Positions 19,391 to 29,796 of a DNA stretch of 64,000 nt are shown here, piece by piece. The notes beneath the pieces were generated by a model. The model saw only the letters and a program-made list of their open reading frames with translations, had not been told where the DNA came from and did not search any database. The translations under genes were made by a program, and so were the position numbers. This stretch comes from Desulfatiglandales bacterium (GTDB taxonomy: Bacteria; Desulfobacterota; DSM-4660; Desulfatiglandales; Desulfatiglandaceae): NCBI GenBank assembly GCA_963666345.1, contig OY762721.1, positions 3,808,001 to 3,872,000 on the forward strand, given 5' to 3'. The stretch's first letter is position 1. Each line of letters begins with the position of its first letter.

Positions 19391-21394
19391 CTAATCAGGG
19401 GATCTTATTTCCAGCTGTTTTTTCTCAAGCCCTTTGATCCTGTCACGATATTGAGCCGCTTTTTCAAAATCAAGTCCGGCGGCAGCCTCCTTCATCTTCT
19501 CTGTGATTTCTGAGATCATGTCGTCAAGATCTTCGGGAGTTGCATAAAATGCCTCATCCTCAGCCGCCATGGGAAGATCCACATAGTCGGCTTCATAGAC
19601 CGAACTCAATATATTCCGGATGTTTTTACGTATGGAGGTAGGTGTAATGCCGTTCAGGCGGTTGTATTCCCCCTGGCGGCTCCGCCGCCTGTCGCTTTCC
19701 TCGAGGGTACGCCTGATGGATTCGGTCAGCCTGTCCGCATAAAGGACGACCGTTCCGTTTACATTTCTTGCGGCCCTGCCGCAGGTCTGTATCAGGGATC
19801 TCTCTGATCTCAGAAATCCCTCCTTGTCTGCATCCAGGATCGCCACGAGGGAGACTTCGGGAAGGTCAAGCCCCTCTCTGAGCAGATTTATCCCTACTAG
19901 GACGTCAAAAAGGCCCAGCCTCAGGTCCCTGATGATTTCCATCCTCTCTATGGTCTTGATGTCGGAGTGCATATAACGAACGCGCACGTTAAGTTCGGAA
20001 TAGTATTCCGTGAGATTTTCGGCCATTATTTTTGTAAGGGTCGTAACAAGGACCCTTTCATTTTTTTCCGCCCTCTGTCTTATCAGCCCGAGGAGATCGT
20101 CAACCTGATTTGAGGCGGGCCTTATAATGATTTCAGGGTCCAGAAGACCTGTGGGCCTTATTATCTGCTCGGCAGTCATCTGAGTAACTTCAAGCTCGTA
20201 ATGCCCGGGTGTGGCGGAGACATAAATGGTCTGAGGCACCCTTTCCCTGAATTCCTCGAATTGAAGAGGCCTGTTATCCAGGGCCGAGGGGAGTCTGAAT
20301 CCGTAATTTACAAGGGTTTCCTTTCTGGATCGGTCTCCCCTGTACATCCCGTTCAACTGAGGTATGGTGATATGGCTTTCATCTATGATGACAAGGAAAT
20401 TTTTAGGAAAATAATCGAGCAGAGTGGGTGGCGGTTCTCCCTGGTTCCTTCCCGTAAGGTGCCGCGAATAGTTCTCTATGCCGTGACAGTAACCCACCTC
20501 CAGCATCATTTCCAGATCGAAAAGCGTCCGTTCTTCAATCCTCTGGGCCTCCAGGAGCTTGTCCCGAGACCTTAAATATCGAAGCCTATCCTTCAACTCC
20601 TCCTTTATCCCGGTTATGGCACGCTCTCTTATCTTTGTGGTGGTGACATAGTGGCTGGCGGGGTAGACGGTTATCCTGCCAAGGTCCTGAATGATCTTCC
20701 CTGTCAGCGGATCTATCTCCTTTATCTCCTCCACCTCGTCTCCGAAGAAGCATAGCCTAACGGCCCTGTCTTCCTCGTGAACCGGATAAATGTCCAGTAT
20801 GTCGCCCCTTACACGGAACCTGCCCCTGAAAAAATCTATCTCACCTCTTTCATAGTGGATCTCGACTAGCTTTTTGACCGCATCATCCCTTGAAAGAAGA
20901 GAGCCCTTTTCCACGTATAAGAGCATGTCATGATACGCTTCAGGGGATCCCAGTCCATATATGCATGACACGCTTGCCACTATGATGACATCATCCCTGT
21001 CCAGAAGGGATCTGGTCGCGGCATGGCGCATCTTGTCTATCTGTTCGTTAATGGAGGAATCCTTCTGGATATAGGTATCCGACTGGGGTATGTATGCCTC
21101 GGGCTGATAATAGTCATAGTAACTGACAAAGTATTCCACGGCATTTTGAGGGAAAAGATTTTTGATCTCTCCATATAGCTGGGCTGCAAGGGTCTTGTTG
21201 GGCGCCATTATCAGAGTGGGTTTCTGTGCCTTGGCAATGACATGCGCCATGGTGAACGTCTTGCCAGATCCCGTCACTCCCAACAGCACCTGGTGCGACA
21301 GTCCCTTATCTATTCCCTCTGAGAGCAGACTTATGGCGTTGGGTTGATCACCGCACGGTGTCAGGTCGGTAACAAGAGAAAAGGGTGCGCCCAT
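19391..21394 (-). CDS. uvrB: Excinuclease ABC subunit B
   Basis: [27 protein letters not shown]-terminal UVR domain. Confidence 0.98.
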   Translation of the reverse strand: MGAPFSLVTDLTPCGDQPNAISLLSEGIDKGLSHQVLLGVTGSGKTFTMAHVIAKAQKPTLIMAPNKTLAAQLYGEIKNLFPQNAVEYFVSYYDYYQPEAYIPQSDTYIQKDSSINEQIDKMRHAATRSLLDRDDVIIVASVSCIYGLGSPEAYHDMLLYVEKGSLLSRDDAVKKLVEIHYERGEIDFFRGRFRVRGDILDIYPVHEEDRAVRLCFFGDEVEEIKEIDPLTGKIIQDLGRITVYPASHYVTTTKIRERAITGIKEELKDRLRYLRSRDKLLEAQRIEERTLFDLEMMLEVGYCHGIENYSRHLTGRNQGEPPPTLLDYFPKNFLVIIDESHITIPQLNGMYRGDRSRKETLVNYGFRLPSALDNRPLQFEEFRERVPQTIYVSATPGHYELEVTQMTAEQIIRPTGLLDPEIIIRPASNQVDDLLGLIRQRAEKNERVLVTTLTKIMAENLTEYYSELNVRVRYMHSDIKTIERMEIIRDLRLGLFDVLVGINLLREGLDLPEVSLVAILDADKEGFLRSERSLIQTCGRAARNVNGTVVLYADRLTESIRRTLEESDRRRSRQGEYNRLNGITPTSIRKNIRNILSSVYEADYVDLPMAAEDEAFYATPEDLDDMISEITEKMKEAAAGLDFEKAAQYRDRIKGLEKKQLEIRSPD

Positions 21395-21580
21395 TTGACT
21401 ATTCCGTTTAAGACTGTTTGATTATGGAAACCCATGTTGTCCGGGTGTTTTTTGCCCCCGGTCGCGGCTTCCGTAACAAACAACCGATTAATGGCAGGAC
21501 AAAAAAATATCCCGGAAAAATTAACAGGAGGCATCGCCTCCTGATTTTTTATCTCCGAAATTAGGTGTGCAAAGACTCGG

Positions 21581-22078
21581 CTACAGGTCCCTGTTATTGC
21601 GAGGTGCCGCTACAAGGCTTGCAACCGCATATGCCTCTATACCTTCAAGCCGGCCGCAAAAACCCATCTTTTCCGTGGTCGTGGCCTTTATGCTGACTAA
21701 GGATTTATCGGATTTGAGCGCCCCTGAAATATTTGTTTTCATGCCGTCAATGTATGTCGAAAGCATCGGTTCCTGGGCGCAGATGGTGGAATCGATATTG
21801 TTTACGCCGAAGCCCTCCCTTTCAGCCATCTCCATTACATTTTCAAGGAGGGATATACTTGAAGCACCTTTGTACAGCGGGTCCTTGTCAGGAAAATGTT
21901 TGCCTATATCGCCCAATGCAAGGGCCCCTAAAATGGCGTCCATAATGGCGTGGGTAAGCACGTCGGCGTCACTATGCCCCTCAAGCCCGAACGCATGAGG
22001 GATATTTATCCCGCCCAGGATAAGAGGCCTGCCCTTTACCAGACGGTGCGCGTCGTATCCAAAACCTATTCGAAACAA
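21581..22078 (-). CDS. ispF: 2-C-methyl-D-erythritol 2,4-cyclodiphosphate synthase
   Basis: RIGFGYDAH, GHSDADV, DIGKHFP, KATTTEKMG. Confidence 0.96.
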   Translation of the reverse strand: MFRIGFGYDAHRLVKGRPLILGGINIPHAFGLEGHSDADVLTHAIMDAILGALALGDIGKHFPDKDPLYKGASSISLLENVMEMAEREGFGVNNIDSTICAQEPMLSTYIDGMKTNISGALKSDKSLVSIKATTTEKMGFCGRLEGIEAYAVASLVAAPRNNRDL

Positions 22079-22225
22079 ATTACCCTCTTAAGAATATAAG
22101 CTGTTTGCGAAGATCGATGCGAGTGTCTTCCTTTGATCCGGGATTACAGCCGCTCAGTTACGGATTATCCGCTTGTTTTGTCTGACAAGCTTCAAATCTG
22201 ATCGGGAGATGACCCATGACTTATT

Positions 22226-22453
22226 CTAGTGGCATGTACTGCAGTTTCCACCGGAACAGGAGGCGCAAGCGGAAGAAGATGAACCTGAAGAGTCGATTGA
22301 TTCTTCGCCTTTGCTCTTAAATCCGCAGGCGGAAATGAGCCGCTCCAGTTTTTCCCCGTCGCATTGCGGGCAGCAGATCTTGCCGCTGCTTTTAAAGACA
22401 AGTGCCTCAAATTCATTTTCGCAGTCGAGGCATCTGAATTCATATATAGGCAT
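22226..22453 (-). CDS. FmdB family zinc-ribbon protein
   Basis: MPIYEFRCLDC...CPQC, C-terminal CASCSGGNCSTC. Confidence 0.88.
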   Translation of the reverse strand: MPIYEFRCLDCENEFEALVFKSSGKICCPQCDGEKLERLISACGFKSKGEESIDSSGSSSSACASCSGGNCSTCH

Positions 22454-22476
22454 AGAAAATCCTTTCCTTGTTTGTT

Positions 22477-23424
22477 TTATTGATCAAGCCCTTCAATTAT
22501 TGCCGCAGCCATAAGAGGGAACATTATTTCGTGATGGCCAACGAGATTAAAGCCTTTTCCCCCTTCAAGAGTAGGTCGGTTGACAACATTTGTTATAGGC
22601 CTGTACTGCTTGATAAAATCCATATTAACGGTGGTCACGTCTTTAACCTCAAACCCGAGGTTCCTGACAAGGCTCAACGCCTTTAGAAAGACTTCCGGCA
22701 TGATTACGGCTGAGCCGAGGTTGATAAAAACACCTCCCTCAAGACCGGACACGAGGCCTGAAAATATCCTGAAATCCTTGTGGGATGCCTTTCCTATGGA
22801 CCCCCCGTCGGCCTGTGGGTGAAAATGAATTATATCCGTTCCTATTGCCACATGAACCGTTACGGGTATTTCCAGTTCGAAGGCCCTGGCAAGCAGACTG
22901 AGCCTGTTGTAGGGGAACCCTTCCCTGACAAGCATTTCTCCCACTGATCTGCCCAGACCCATGTCCTTTGAGGCTCCCTCTACTATGGCCCTGTTTATAT
23001 GACGTCCGGTCTCTTCCGCCATCCCGAATCTGCCTTCACCGATTTCAGCAGCCACGTCCTCCGATGTATGCCCTACCATCGCGATTTCGGAATCATGTAT
23101 GATTCCGGCTCCATTCAGGGCGAGCCCGGTTATTAACCCTCTTTCCATCAGTTCGAGAATGACGGGATTTAATCCGACCTTGATAGGATGAGCACCCATT
23201 GCAAGTATTATGGTTCTTCCTGAAGAGTGAGCCCTTAAAATTCTCTCCACCGCCTCTTTCATGTCTTCCGCTGCGAGGGTATGCGGCAATGTCTTGAACC
23301 AATCGGAAAGAGATCCGCCGGGCGCCCAGGCACGGCCGAAATGTTCAAGCCTGATCTTGCTTTTCCTTCCCTTAAGCGGATAGGATTTTACCTTTTTAAG
23401 TGATATGGGTTTTATTTCCGTCAT
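22477..23424 (-). CDS. Conserved hypothetical protein, deoxyhypusine-synthase-like fold
   Basis: MGAHPIKVGL, NGAGIIHD, IGTDIIH, GSAVIMPEVFLKA, GHHEIM. Confidence 0.65.
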   Translation of the reverse strand: MTEIKPISLKKVKSYPLKGRKSKIRLEHFGRAWAPGGSLSDWFKTLPHTLAAEDMKEAVERILRAHSSGRTIILAMGAHPIKVGLNPVILELMERGLITGLALNGAGIIHDSEIAMVGHTSEDVAAEIGEGRFGMAEETGRHINRAIVEGASKDMGLGRSVGEMLVREGFPYNRLSLLARAFELEIPVTVHVAIGTDIIHFHPQADGGSIGKASHKDFRIFSGLVSGLEGGVFINLGSAVIMPEVFLKALSLVRNLGFEVKDVTTVNMDFIKQYRPITNVVNRPTLEGGKGFNLVGHHEIMFPLMAAAIIEGLDQ

Positions 23425-23436
23425 ATCATTCCACTG

Positions 23437-24030
23437 TTAAACCGTCTCATTTGTCATGTGCCCCTGAAAGAGCATATGGTCCACAAGCTCACATAGTATA
23501 TGGCCGGCAAGTATATGGGATTCCTGTATCCTCGCTGTACACTGGCCTTTTGCAATTATTGCAAGATCCACTATTCCTGCAAGCTTGCCTCCGTCCTTGC
23601 CCAGGAAGGCAGCCGTATACATACCCTGAATCCTGGCGTCTTTTACGGCGGATAGGAGATTCTCCGAATTACCGCTGGTACTTATTGCGAGCAGGACGTC
23701 TCCATCCATGCCGAGCGCCTTGATCTGTTTGGAAAATATCTCATTAAAGGAATAATCGTTCCCGATGCTGGTAATTATTGACGAATCGGTGGTAAGCGCC
23801 ATCGCAGGAAGGGGAGGGCGTTCAAGTGAAATCTTGTTAACAAACTCCGCCGCAATGTGCTGAGAGTCAGCCGCACTTCCGCCGTTTCCGCAGATCATGA
23901 GCTTCCTGTCTCCGGTAAAAGCTGATACAACCTTTTCGGCAAGAAGAATAAGGTTTGAGGTATTTTCCCCGATGAAATTTTCCTTCAGGCTTATGCTTTC
24001 CTTTAATATCCCATGAATAAAGTTTTCCAA
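23437..24030 (-). CDS. gmhA: Phosphoheptose isomerase
   Basis: CGNGGSAADSQH, GNDY, STSGNS, RIQESH. Confidence 0.95.
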   Translation of the reverse strand: MENFIHGILKESISLKENFIGENTSNLILLAEKVVSAFTGDRKLMICGNGGSAADSQHIAAEFVNKISLERPPLPAMALTTDSSIITSIGNDYSFNEIFSKQIKALGMDGDVLLAISTSGNSENLLSAVKDARIQGMYTAAFLGKDGGKLAGIVDLAIIAKGQCTARIQESHILAGHILCELVDHMLFQGHMTNETV

Positions 24031-24669
24031 TTGATTATTCTCGCTCCTAAGATGAAAAATACTGTCCGGCAGTTCAAAAGCTAAAGCTTTTGAGCCTGAA
24101 TGTCAACTTGGCAAAGGGCACCCCGGTCCGCCATAAAGGCATTATATCCGCCTGCACCCAACGTCCTGACGGGTGCCTGAGACAACATGTAACCCTGATG
24201 GACGGTTGATTATGGATTACTCGAATTCCTGATTTTGATCCTTTATGCAGGGTTGAAAGCCTTTTATCAATAAAATATGGTCCATTTTTTGCCTTTCAAT
24301 TGCTGCGCAGGTCTATTTTTTATTGAAAATGTCTATTCCATGTGATAGACAAATACAACTTTGATTAATTCTCGCATTTTAATCCGCCAGAGGCGAACAG
24401 AGGTTTAATTACCCGAAGCTGGCTTCGTTCGATGGGAATGCATTATAGGTGCCATGAAGTCTCTGGAAACGAAGCGAAAAAATCCGTATCTTAAACGTAA
24501 TCAACGGTGAATTCAATTCCACCTATCAAAAGACTATATGCCCGCCTGATGTGCGGTGGCATTTTGAGATTACTTCATTACATTAATTGCAGGAGGGTAG
24601 AGGTCAAAGTTCGTTGATTGGCGGAAGGGTTTCTTTATCTAATAAACATCAATTAAGGGGGGGAAGATC

Positions 24670-24939
24670 ATGACTAAGGCAGAATTAGTTGCTGAATTGG
24701 CCAAGAAGGCAGATTTAACTAAAGCCGATACCGAGAGAGTTTTAAATTCATTCATCGACGTAGCCAAAAAGACTCTTAAGAAAGAGGGCAGGCTTGCTCT
24801 TGCAGGCTTTGGCTCCTTTGTAGTGTCAAAAAGGAAGGCCCGCAAAGGAAGAAATCCTCAGACAGGTGAACCGATCAAAATCAAAGCCAGTAAGGTTGTA
24901 AGGTTCAAGGCTGGGAAGGCTCTGAAGGAGAAGCTTTAA
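24670..24939 (+). CDS. hup: DNA-binding protein HU
   Basis: MTKAELV, GFGSF, RKGRNPQTGE, FKAGKALK. Confidence 0.95.
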   Translation: MTKAELVAELAKKADLTKADTERVLNSFIDVAKKTLKKEGRLALAGFGSFVVSKRKARKGRNPQTGEPIKIKASKVVRFKAGKALKEKL

Positions 24940-24982
24940 GTCTTAGTCGGTCTTCAAGGATACGGCCTTTATATATTAAAAC

Positions 24983-25017
24983 GGCGGGGGCGGTAATGTG
25001 CCACCCGCCTTTTTTTT
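24983..25017 (+). terminator. Intrinsic terminator after HU
   Basis: ggcggg...cccgcc followed by a T run. Confidence 0.75.
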
Positions 25018-25046
25018 AAACTTCCACCCTAACACCTTTTATATCA

Positions 25047-26459
25047 TCAGCTCAAAGAGGCCAGTTCATTGATCGCCCTTGAGATTATTGAAAGCTCCCT
25101 TTCCTGAATGGTCCTTACGTCCAGAAGCACTCTGTCTCTGTCAAGCCGGGTGATTATCGGCGGGTCATATCCTCGAAGCCATTTTTCAATGAAATTAGCG
25201 GTAAGCCCGGCTGGTAAAAGGGAAATCAGTCGTGAAGGAAATTCGGCAAGGGGAAGCGATCCTCCGCCCGGCCTTGAGACACCGTCAACGAGCTTTATGG
25301 TAAAATTGCCATTGTCCGTATCTCCTATCATCCTGACGAGCCTTTCAGCCTTTGCCGCCATTTTTTCATATGGTTCACAGATCATTCTGAGTGTGGGTAT
25401 ATCATCCAGGGCATTTTTTTCATCCCTGTAAATCCTGAGTGTCTCCTCCAGGGCCACGAGTGTCATCTTGTCTATCCTGAGTGCCCTGTTAACCGGATTT
25501 TGCCTGATTGCCTCTATTATTTCCTTTTTTCCAAGCATTATCCCTGCCTGTGGTCCTCCCAGAAGCTTATCCCCGCTGAAGGTTACCAGATCCGGGCCCT
25601 GCGCCAATACCTCCTTGACCGGAGGCTCTTTGACGATCCCGTATTTGCTGAAATCCACAAAACATCCGCTCCCAAGGTCCTCCATAACCGGTATTCCATA
25701 TTTTTTGCCCAGTTTGACGAGATCCGATAACGGGACCTCACTGGTAAAACCGACAATCTGATAGTTACTCGTGTGTACCTTCAGCAGCAGCGCGGTTTCA
25801 GGACCTATAACACTTTCATAATCCCTGAGATGAGTTTTGTTAGTGGTACCCACATCCACCAGTATCGCACCGCTGCTTCTCATCACATCGGGAATCCTGA
25901 AGGACCCGCCTATCTCTACGAGTTGACCTCTGGAGACCGGTACTTCACGGCCTTTTGCCAGTGTCTCAAGGGCTATAAAAACGGCGGCGGCGTTGTTGTT
26001 CACCACAAGGGCGGCTTCAGCCCCTGTCAGTTCTTTTAGGATGTCGACTACATGGCTGTACCTGCTCCCTCTCCTGCCCTCCTCCAGGTCATATTCAAGA
26101 TTGCTGTACCCGCCTGCAACCGGGTGGATCTTTTCAAGGACGCGCTCGGCCAGTATCGATCTGCCCAGGTTCGTGTGTACCACTATCCCGGTTGCGTTTA
26201 CAAGAGGTCTCAGGCTGGGCCGTGATATGAACGCCGCCTTTTTCGCGACGAGGTCTTCTATCGATTCAAGTCTGATATCCGATTCTTCTGATATTTGGCC
26301 TGAAAGAATTTCCTCCCTGAGTTCGTCGAGTACCTCGGTTATGGCCTTAAGCAGCAGTGAACGGGGGTATGTGCCTGTAATTCCGACAACGGTTTCGGTC
26401 ATCAACAGTCGATCGACAGCAGGGATGTTTCTTAACAGTTCTTGCTTGGGGGTTGTCAT
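25047..26459 (-). CDS. selA: L-seryl-tRNA(Sec) selenium transferase
   Basis: NATGIVVHTNLGR, NNNAAA, EIGGSFRIP, FSGDKLLGGPQAG. ATG at 26459 follows AAGGAGG. Confidence 0.96.
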   Translation of the reverse strand: MTTPKQELLRNIPAVDRLLMTETVVGITGTYPRSLLLKAITEVLDELREEILSGQISEESDIRLESIEDLVAKKAAFISRPSLRPLVNATGIVVHTNLGRSILAERVLEKIHPVAGGYSNLEYDLEEGRRGSRYSHVVDILKELTGAEAALVVNNNAAAVFIALETLAKGREVPVSRGQLVEIGGSFRIPDVMRSSGAILVDVGTTNKTHLRDYESVIGPETALLLKVHTSNYQIVGFTSEVPLSDLVKLGKKYGIPVMEDLGSGCFVDFSKYGIVKEPPVKEVLAQGPDLVTFSGDKLLGGPQAGIMLGKKEIIEAIRQNPVNRALRIDKMTLVALEETLRIYRDEKNALDDIPTLRMICEPYEKMAAKAERLVRMIGDTDNGNFTIKLVDGVSRPGGGSLPLAEFPSRLISLLPAGLTANFIEKWLRGYDPPIITRLDRDRVLLDVRTIQERELSIISRAINELASLS

Positions 26460-26731
26460 CGGTTTTCCCTCCTTGAGATAATGTGAGAGGCTAGCTGAAA
26501 ATATAATCGTTGTCAATCAGCAGCGCCCTGAACCTCCATCAGGAGGAAATGTGCGACGTATAATGGGGCATACGCCTCGGCAATGGCTCTCCGCTTGCTT
26601 CCGGTATCCTGCGGTTGCCGGGGGGAAGGGTGAAGTCTTATCGGCGGACCCGGATGGGATGGAATTCTATGCCGATCAACAGAAACATGCTTGCAAAAAG
26701 AAATGTCTTTGTGGTATAAATAATTTTTCAT

Positions 26732-26808
26732 GGTGGGTGTAGCTCAGTTGGTAGAGCACTGGGTTGTGGCCCCAGTGGTCGAGGGTTCAAGTCCCTTCAC
26801 TCACCCCA
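26732..26808 (+). tRNA. tRNA-His (GTG)
   Basis: G-1 plus GTGGGTG acceptor, anticodon loop ttGTGgc, GTTCAAGTC T-loop, encoded CCA. Confidence 0.97.
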
Positions 26809-26826
26809 TAAAATGCAAAGTAAAAC

Positions 26827-26851
26827 AGGGAGCTATATGCTCCCTTTTTTA
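26827..26851 (+). terminator. Terminator after tRNA-His
   Basis: agggagc-tatat-gctccct followed by a T run. Confidence 0.8.
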
Positions 26852-26955
26852 TTCGGCCTTCGTAAATGATAAGTCTTTTTTGTGAGATTCGGCAGAGAGG
26901 GAGTTCGGACTGAAATCCGGTTTGCGCTGGAATTGGAAAAGAGGATAAGTGAAGA

Positions 26956-26996
26956 TTAAAAGGCCTTCCGGAAGATTGGCCCGGAAGGCCTTTTAA
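26956..26996 (-). terminator. Terminator hairpin after the glutamate synthase gene
   Basis: ttaaaaggccttccgg-N9-ccggaaggccttttaa, a perfect 16-bp inverted repeat. Confidence 0.8.
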
Positions 26997-27026
26997 TGCG
27001 AATATCCTGTTTTCAAAAAAACCGTA

Positions 27027-28688
27027 TCAGGAATTGAGAATTTTTTTAGCGCTTTCGTCGTTTACATCGGAGACGTGCGGTATCCCTGTTTCTCGTGAAG
27101 TCTCTCTGTTTCCCGACATCAGATCTCCCCTTGAGACCTGATTCAGCGAAAACTTTCTGGCGCCTGCCATTAGCTGCTGCAGACCGCAGGCAAGCTTGTC
27201 GGCAAGTGTATAGAATGCTATGGCGCCGTATGGGATGTTTTTCATTTCGTCTTTGCCCACCTTTTTCTCCACATCAAAGTAATTGGCAAAGATCTCCTTT
27301 GCGCTGTTACCTATCTGTTTGACGGTCCTGGGCAGTTCGGACCAGTGGCCCCTGAGTTCTCCTCTCCTATCCGGAAAAAGGGCACCTTCGATATTGGATC
27401 CCACGAATCCGGGAATCATTACGGCCCTTCCCATACACACCATCTTGGTAAATGGAGCGCCGAGAGCCAGGGCCTTGAAGATATGATCTTCAAGGGCAAA
27501 TCCTCCCGCAAAGGACATGTCTACAACCCTGTGTCCTTTTGCAGCAAGTATACTGGCGTATTCATATGCCTTTGAGTGGAGATTTATGGACGGCACACCC
27601 CAGCTTTGCATCATGTTCCATGGACTCATTCCGGTTCCTCCGCCTGAACCGTCGATGGTGAGTAGATCCAGTTTGGCATCAGTGGCGAATTTTATCGCCA
27701 TGGCGAGTTCTTCCATGCCGTAGGATCCTGTCTTGAGGGTAATCCTCTTGAACCCCGCATCTCGGAGATAGGCGACGCTGTTCATGAAATCCTCGCGCAC
27801 CTTGTCCCATGAATTAAGATTGGTGGCACCCAGACGGCTGTGGCGGGCAAAGGATTTTATTGAGCCGTTTTCAAAGGCCTGCTGAACCTCTTTCAAGGAC
27901 GGGTCCGGATCCACCACATAACCTCTGTTCTTGAGAAAAAGGGCATAATCAAGACTGGCCACCTGGATTTCACCGCCTATATCCTTTGCCCCCTGTCCCC
28001 ATTTCAGTTCTATGATGCATTTGTCTCCATACTTATCAACCACATATTCGGCGACCCCGTTTCTGGTATCTTCAACGTTAAGCTGCACAATAACCGCCCC
28101 GTATCCATCAAAATAGCGGAGGTATGTTTCAATACGTCTGTCCAGCTCAGGTGAAATCTTGATTTTCCCTTTTCTGTCTTCGCTAGGGCTGATTTCCGAT
28201 TTTCGGTCGACTCCCACGACATTTTCGCCGATTACTATAGGTATTCCCACAAGCGCGCCTCCTATGGCAAAGGAGTCCCAGTATTTTTCCGCGATAAATG
28301 TGGATCCGAGGGCTCCGGTCATAAGCGGTATGCGTGACTTGGTCTTTATCTCATTGCCGAATTGCGTTTCAAGATTTACATTCGGAAAGATACAGTCGTC
28401 CGGATCGGTTGAAAGGCCGTTCGGTACTCCATGAGCGCCGTAGGCATATCCCTGAACGCGGAGCGAGTTGTAGGAAACTCCGACATGGCTGGTGTTATTG
28501 GCGCCAGCGGTTACAAACCCGAAACTTCTCGGATAGAGCAGTTTTCTGCCCACGAGGCTTGAAAGCCATGTCTCGCATTTGCCCTTGCAATCCGCCCGGC
28601 AGAGGGTGCAAAGGCCCGCTTCAGTCGGATTACCCCTGTTGTTTGTGCCCAGTGCGTCGTTACTCTTTGAAAATCTCATGTCTGCCAT
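27027..28688 (-). CDS. Stand-alone FMN-binding glutamate synthase family protein
   Basis: IELKWGQGAKDIGG, TIDGSGGGTG, FKALALGA; N-terminal CxxCxxxCxxxC. Confidence 0.9.
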   Translation of the reverse strand: MADMRFSKSNDALGTNNRGNPTEAGLCTLCRADCKGKCETWLSSLVGRKLLYPRSFGFVTAGANNTSHVGVSYNSLRVQGYAYGAHGVPNGLSTDPDDCIFPNVNLETQFGNEIKTKSRIPLMTGALGSTFIAEKYWDSFAIGGALVGIPIVIGENVVGVDRKSEISPSEDRKGKIKISPELDRRIETYLRYFDGYGAVIVQLNVEDTRNGVAEYVVDKYGDKCIIELKWGQGAKDIGGEIQVASLDYALFLKNRGYVVDPDPSLKEVQQAFENGSIKSFARHSRLGATNLNSWDKVREDFMNSVAYLRDAGFKRITLKTGSYGMEELAMAIKFATDAKLDLLTIDGSGGGTGMSPWNMMQSWGVPSINLHSKAYEYASILAAKGHRVVDMSFAGGFALEDHIFKALALGAPFTKMVCMGRAVMIPGFVGSNIEGALFPDRRGELRGHWSELPRTVKQIGNSAKEIFANYFDVEKKVGKDEMKNIPYGAIAFYTLADKLACGLQQLMAGARKFSLNQVSRGDLMSGNRETSRETGIPHVSDVNDESAKKILNS

Positions 28689-28892
28689 AATAATTTCTCC
28701 TATTTAAAACCATTTTGTTAGAGGGTAAAAAACTCCATGTTTCCGTAAGACAGAAACAATATTCGCTCTATATGGAAATTTGGCTGTTTCTCCGGTCTTT
28801 TTGCTTCATGCAGAGGAGCAGAATTCTTCAGGAGAACAGGGAGATTAAATTGAAAGAGCGAAAGACCTTTTCACTGACTCATGGCGGGGCAT

Positions 28893-28968
28893 AAAAAAAG
28901 GCGCCTCTCCATAAACGGAAAAGACGCCTTTGTCTTATTCAAGATATGTCACACACGCCATTGTGTGT
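28893..28968 (-). promoter_or_regulatory. ANTAR dual-hairpin RNA motif overlapping an intrinsic terminator
   Basis: Minus strand: P1 acacac-AATGGC-gtgtgt, P2 aagac-AAAGGC-gtctt. The 3' half of P2 is the 5' arm of terminator aaaggcgtct...aggcgcc followed by a T run. Confidence 0.85.
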
Positions 28969-28998
28969 AATTAAAACATCACTAAAATATAATCAAAA

Positions 28999-29026
28999 AT
29001 AATATCAATAAATGCCGTTATGTCAA
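28999..29026 (-). promoter_or_regulatory. Putative sigma70 promoter for the ANTAR leader
   Basis: TTGACA-16 nt-TATTAT on the minus strand. Confidence 0.6.
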
Positions 29027-29066
29027 GTACTTTTTGTTAAAAAGCATCCGAGATTAATATGTCGAA

Positions 29067-29750
29067 CTAATTGCCGAGTTTATTCAGAAGCTCCTTCGAG
29101 ACTTCCTTTACGCCGGGAGTGCCGTCAAGCTCTACTATCTTGGGAACTCCGCCCCTTCCGGCAGATATGCCCTTGTAAAAGATAACCGCGGCCATGGTGC
29201 CTGTTTTGGTATCGTAGTAGATATTGTGTCGCTGATCGATAGCCTCTTCATCCTGATCGTCGCTTCTTGTCTTGAGTTCACCGCCACAGACCCTGCACCT
29301 GTCTCCATCCGGTTTTATCGCGTCGATATAGATATTATTGGGATGGTTGTTGTCATTTACGCACAGGCGCCTTCCCATGATTCGGTTTTTTGCTATCTGA
29401 CGATCAAGTCCCATCTCTATTACTATGTCGATGGTTATGCCTTCCTTTTGGAGGGCCTTATCAAGTTCTTCTGCCTGAGTGAGGTTCCTGGGGAACCCGT
29501 CAAGAAGCCATCCGTTTTTGCAGTCGCCCTCCCTGAGCCGGTCGAGGATCATGGGAATGGTAATAGCGTCAGGCACCAGTTCTCCTCTGTCTATATAACC
29601 CTTTGCCTCTTTACCAAGTTGAGTCTGCCGGGATATGTTTTCCCTGAAAATCACCCCTGTTTCAATATGTGGTATCCCGAATTTATCCTTTACAATAGCT
29701 CCCTGTGTTCCTTTCCCACTGCCGTTGGGTCCGAAAAAGAGTATGTTCAT
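29067..29750 (-). CDS. adk: Adenylate kinase
   Basis: GPNGSGKGTQ, GELVPD, LDGFPR, RSDD; LID motif C-X5-H-X15-C-X2-C. Confidence 0.96.
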   Translation of the reverse strand: MNILFFGPNGSGKGTQGAIVKDKFGIPHIETGVIFRENISRQTQLGKEAKGYIDRGELVPDAITIPMILDRLREGDCKNGWLLDGFPRNLTQAEELDKALQKEGITIDIVIEMGLDRQIAKNRIMGRRLCVNDNNHPNNIYIDAIKPDGDRCRVCGGELKTRSDDQDEEAIDQRHNIYYDTKTGTMAAVIFYKGISAGRGGVPKIVELDGTPGVKEVSKELLNKLGN

Positions 29751-29796
29751 TTTCCCCGCTCCTTTCTTGGATTCATTCCTATCCGGAATATAGGAA

